DNA from: Candidatus Atelocyanobacterium thalassa isolate ALOHA
GTDB lineage: Bacteria; Cyanobacteriota; Cyanobacteriia; Cyanobacteriales; Microcystaceae
Assembly: GCF_000025125.1 (NCBI RefSeq)
Contig: NC_013771.1
Span: 60,001-92,000, forward strand
DNA length: 32,000 nt
Direction of reading: 5' to 3'
Shown here: positions 29,006-32,000 of the stretch, piece by piece
How positions within the stretch are numbered: the first letter of the stretch is position 1
How the letters are laid out: each line of letters opens with the position of its first letter
Made by a program: the position numbers and the translations under genes
Notes under the pieces: model-generated
What the model saw: only the letters and a program-made list of their open reading frames with translations
What the model was told of the DNA's origin: nothing
Databases searched by the model: none

Positions 29006-30009
29006 ATGCTACTTAAAGCTCTTTTCATATTGACAGGATTCATTGCGTCAGCAGCAGCTGTAGGTTCATAGCCACAATGTACCATGCAATCTTTACATTG
29101 TGGATTATTACTGTTGTGACCATAATTTTCCCATTGAGTATTGTCAATCAATTCTTGAAAAGTTTCATAATGCCCTTCATTAAGCAAATAACAAGGTTTT
29201 TGCCATCCTAAGACGCTATAACTTGGACTTCCCCAAGGAGTACATTCATAATCTTTTTCTCCCATTAAAAAATCTAAAAATAAAGGGTTATGATTAAAAT
29301 TCCAATTTTTTTGACCTAATTTCCATGGCATTAGAATTTCTTTAAATAAGGATTTTGTCTGTTCCCGTTTTAAAAAATGTTGTTGATCTGGAGCCCATTC
29401 GTAACTATACCCAGGAGAAATCATCGTACCATCGGTCCCCAAGGTACCTAAAAAGTCAAGAAATTTTTGTACTTCTTGAGGATCTGCACCTTCAAAAATA
29501 GTAGTATTTGTAGTAACACGGAATCCTTGAGCTTTAGCTTTTTTAATAGCACTAACAGCCTTCTGAAAAACTCCTTTACGATCTACACATTTATCATGAT
29601 GTTCTTCTAATCCGTCGAGATGTACACTAAAAGCAAAATATGGAGAAGGTTTGAATTTATGTAAACTTTTCTCTAAAAGAAGTGCATTAGTGCATAAGTA
29701 TACAAATTTTTTTCGTTTAACCAGGCCTTCAACAATTTCATCAATTTGAGGATGGAGCAATGGCTCTCCTCCTGGAATAGAAACAACCGGTGCTCCACAT
29801 TCTTCAACAGCTGAAAAACATTGTGAAGGAGTAAGATTACGGGTTAAGATTTCAGTAGGATGTTGAATTTTTCCACATCCAGAGCAAGCTAAGTTACAGC
29901 GAAACAAAGGTTCCAACATTAATACTATAGGAAAATGTTGACGACCTTGTAAACGTTGTTTAATTATATAAGCACCAACTTTAAGTGCTTGTTTTAGTTG
30001 AACAGCCAT
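28993..30009 (-). CDS. hpnH: Adenosyl-hopene transferase (radical SAM, hopanoid side-chain extension)
   Basis: The 338-aa ORF has the radical SAM motif [12 protein letters not shown] near the N-terminus, GGEPLLHP, and a C-terminal Cys-rich region (CTPWG...[11 protein letters not shown]), matching HpnH as I remember it. Confidence 0.85.
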   Translation of the reverse strand: MAVQLKQALKVGAYIIKQRLQGRQHFPIVLMLEPLFRCNLACSGCGKIQHPTEILTRNLTPSQCFSAVEECGAPVVSIPGGEPLLHPQIDEIVEGLVKRKKFVYLCTNALLLEKSLHKFKPSPYFAFSVHLDGLEEHHDKCVDRKGVFQKAVSAIKKAKAQGFRVTTNTTIFEGADPQEVQKFLDFLGTLGTDGTMISPGYSYEWAPDQQHFLKREQTKSLFKEILMPWKLGQKNWNFNHNPLFLDFLMGEKDYECTPWGSPSYSVLGWQKPCYLLNEGHYETFQELIDNTQWENYGHNSNNPQCKDCMVHCGYEPTAAADAMNPVNMKRALSSIINI

Positions 30010-30237
30010 AGAATTTTCTCACACCTTTTATTTTCTAAATATTATAGACTTTCTTACATATTATTTATGATATGTAGAAAAAATATCCATTTTATGGAAA
30101 ATTTCAAAATAAATTATAAGCAATTAATAGTTATTCAAGTAATTTGATGGGTAACTATAAAATATTCTTCTTAAGAATATGTCAAAATAAAACTATAAAA
30201 AGCTAGCCTTTATAAATTTATCTTAATTACGAATTTT

Positions 30238-32000
30238 ATGACCAATGTTCCTGTTTCACAAATTCGAAATTTTTCTATTATTGCTCATATTGATCATGGA
30301 AAGTCAACATTAGCAGATAGGATGTTACAAGAAACTCAAACGATTACACAACGAGAAATGAAAGAACAATTTCTCGATAATATGGATCTCGAAAGAGAAA
30401 GAGGAATTACTATAAAACTTCAAGCAGCAAGAATGAAGTATAAATCAAAAGATGGTAAAGAATATGTAATTAATCTTATCGACACTCCTGGTCATGTTGA
30501 CTTTTCTTATGAAGTATCTCGTTCCTTAGCTGCATGTGAAGGAGCTTTATTAGTAGTAGATTCTTCTCAGGGAGTAGAAGCGCAGACTTTAGCTAATGTT
30601 TATCTTGCATTAGAAAATAATCTAGAGATTATTCCAGTTTTAAATAAGATAGATTTACCAGGTTCAGAGCCAGAAAGAGTATCTGATGAAATCGAAGAAG
30701 TTATTGGATTAGATTGTACCAATATTATTAAAGCTTCAGCTAAAGCAGGTATTGGTATTAATGAAATCTTAGAATCTATCGTAGAATTAGTTCCTCCACC
30801 TCAGGATACAGCTGATAAACCTTTGCGAGCGCTAATCTTTGATAGTTATTATGATGCTTACCGCGGGGTAATAGTCTATTTTCGTATTATGGATGGAGTG
30901 ATTAAGAAAGGAGACCTAATCTATTTAATGGCTTCCCAAAAAGAATATGAAATTGATGAATTAGGAATTCTTGCTCCTAATCAAATAGCTGTAGATTCGC
31001 TTCATGCAGGTGAAGTAGGATATTTCTCCGCAGCAATTAAAACAGTTCAAGATGCAAGAGTAGGAGATACAATAACCAGTGCTCTAGAGCCAGCTACAGA
31101 ACCTTTGCATGGCTATACAGAAGCAAAGCCAATGGTGTTTTGTGGCTTATTCCCTATTGATTCAGATCAATATGAAGATTTACGTGAATCCTTGAAGAAA
31201 CTAAAGCTCAATGATGCAGCTCTTTCATTTGAACCAGAGACCTCTAGTGCGATGGGATTTGGATTTCGTTGTGGTTTTCTTGGCTTGCTTCATATGGAAG
31301 TCGTTCAAGAGCGTTTAGAAAGAGAATATAATTTAGATCTAATAACTACAGCTCCTTCAGTAATTTATCGCATAACTACTATAGATGGAAAGGTGGTGGA
31401 AATAGATAATCCCAGCGAACTTCCTGTGCCTCAACAGCAGGAAAAAGTTGAAGAGCCATATATTAAAGTGGAAATGATTACGCCTGAAGTCTACATTGGA
31501 ACCTTGATGGAGCTATGCCAAGGTCGTAGAGGAATATTTAAAGAAATTCGCTATTTCACTTTATCCAGAACTGCTCTAATATATGAAATACCTTTAGCAG
31601 AAGTGGTTACAGACTTTTTCGATCAACTCAAATCTAGATCAAAGGGCTATGCTAGCATGGAATACGAATTAATAGGTTATAGAACTAATCCTCTCGTGAA
31701 GCTAGATATTCTAGTTAATGGCGATAGTGTAGATGCTTTGGCTATGATTGTTCATCGTGACAAGGCATACTATGTAGGTCGTGCTTTAACTGAAAAATTA
31801 AAAGAGTTAATTCCCCGTCATCAATTCAAGGTTCCTATACAAGCAGCTATCGGTGCAAAAATTATTGCTAGTGAGCATATTCCTGCGTTACGAAAAGATG
31901 TGTTAGCCAAATGCTATGGAGGAGATATTTCACGCAAGAAAAAATTGCTACAAAAACAAGCAAAAGGTAAAAAGAGGATGAAGTCAGTCGGTACAGTTGA
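30238..32000 (+). CDS. lepA: Elongation factor 4 (LepA), 3' end beyond the window
   Basis: This is not in the ORF track because there is no stop before the window edge. ATG 30238 opens [28 protein letters not shown], then [14 protein letters not shown] and the LepA C-terminal ...[29 protein letters not shown]. It is open for 587 codons to position 32000. Confidence 0.97.
   Translation, partial: MTNVPVSQIRNFSIIAHIDHGKSTLADRMLQETQTITQREMKEQFLDNMDLERERGITIKLQAARMKYKSKDGKEYVINLIDTPGHVDFSYEVSRSLAACEGALLVVDSSQGVEAQTLANVYLALENNLEIIPVLNKIDLPGSEPERVSDEIEEVIGLDCTNIIKASAKAGIGINEILESIVELVPPPQDTADKPLRALIFDSYYDAYRGVIVYFRIMDGVIKKGDLIYLMASQKEYEIDELGILAPNQIAVDSLHAGEVGYFSAAIKTVQDARVGDTITSALEPATEPLHGYTEAKPMVFCGLFPIDSDQYEDLRESLKKLKLNDAALSFEPETSSAMGFGFRCGFLGLLHMEVVQERLEREYNLDLITTAPSVIYRITTIDGKVVEIDNPSELPVPQQQEKVEEPYIKVEMITPEVYIGTLMELCQGRRGIFKEIRYFTLSRTALIYEIPLAEVVTDFFDQLKSRSKGYASMEYELIGYRTNPLVKLDILVNGDSVDALAMIVHRDKAYYVGRALTEKLKELIPRHQFKVPIQAAIGAKIIASEHIPALRKDVLAKCYGGDISRKKKLLQKQAKGKKRMKSVGTV

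Overview
AT-rich (about 30% G+C by eye) cyanobacterial chromosome segment, identified as cyanobacterial by the ndhC-ndhK-ndhJ operon, cyanobacterial-type hupS/hupL and an NtcA-like box. It is almost entirely single-copy housekeeping genes. In order: ndhJ/K/C (-), a DUF177/YceD-like gene (-), birA (-), TPR protein, ferritin-like protein (-), tyrS, HAD-like hydrolase, TPR-like protein, small membrane protein, pyrG (-), DUF1350 protein, glmU, spoT/relA (-), an orphan coiled-coil ORF, a PaO-type Rieske oxygenase, uptake [NiFe] hydrogenase hupS-hupL, a B12-domain radical SAM protein (-), rimM, a STAS-domain protein, mrnC, rlmB, gpmI, secG, rnhA (-), hopanoid gene hpnH (-), and the 5' 98% of lepA running off the window. 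I found no tRNA/rRNA genes, CRISPR array, transposase, integrase, phage or recognisable defence genes, and I cannot support a novel multi-gene system here. The most notable observation is that three conserved genes (birA, the adjacent DUF177 gene, and rlmB) are each split between two reading frames inside a homopolymeric A tract (A9, A8, A6). Each would be repaired by exactly one extra A, while other A8-A9 tracts in the window are in frame. This fits homopolymer under-calling, early gene decay, or transcriptional-slippage rescue as described for AT-rich endosymbionts. Other points: two unusually long near-perfect inverted repeats (26-bp arms upstream of tyrS; 40-bp arms swallowing the hpnH stop codon), a conserved-type hairpin in the hupS-hupL spacer, hupSL without maturation genes nearby, and a probable mis-start of ndhJ. 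The gene content (hup, hpnH, NDH-1), low GC and long AT-rich spacers suggest a unicellular diazotrophic cyanobacterium with a reduced genome. That attribution is inference only.
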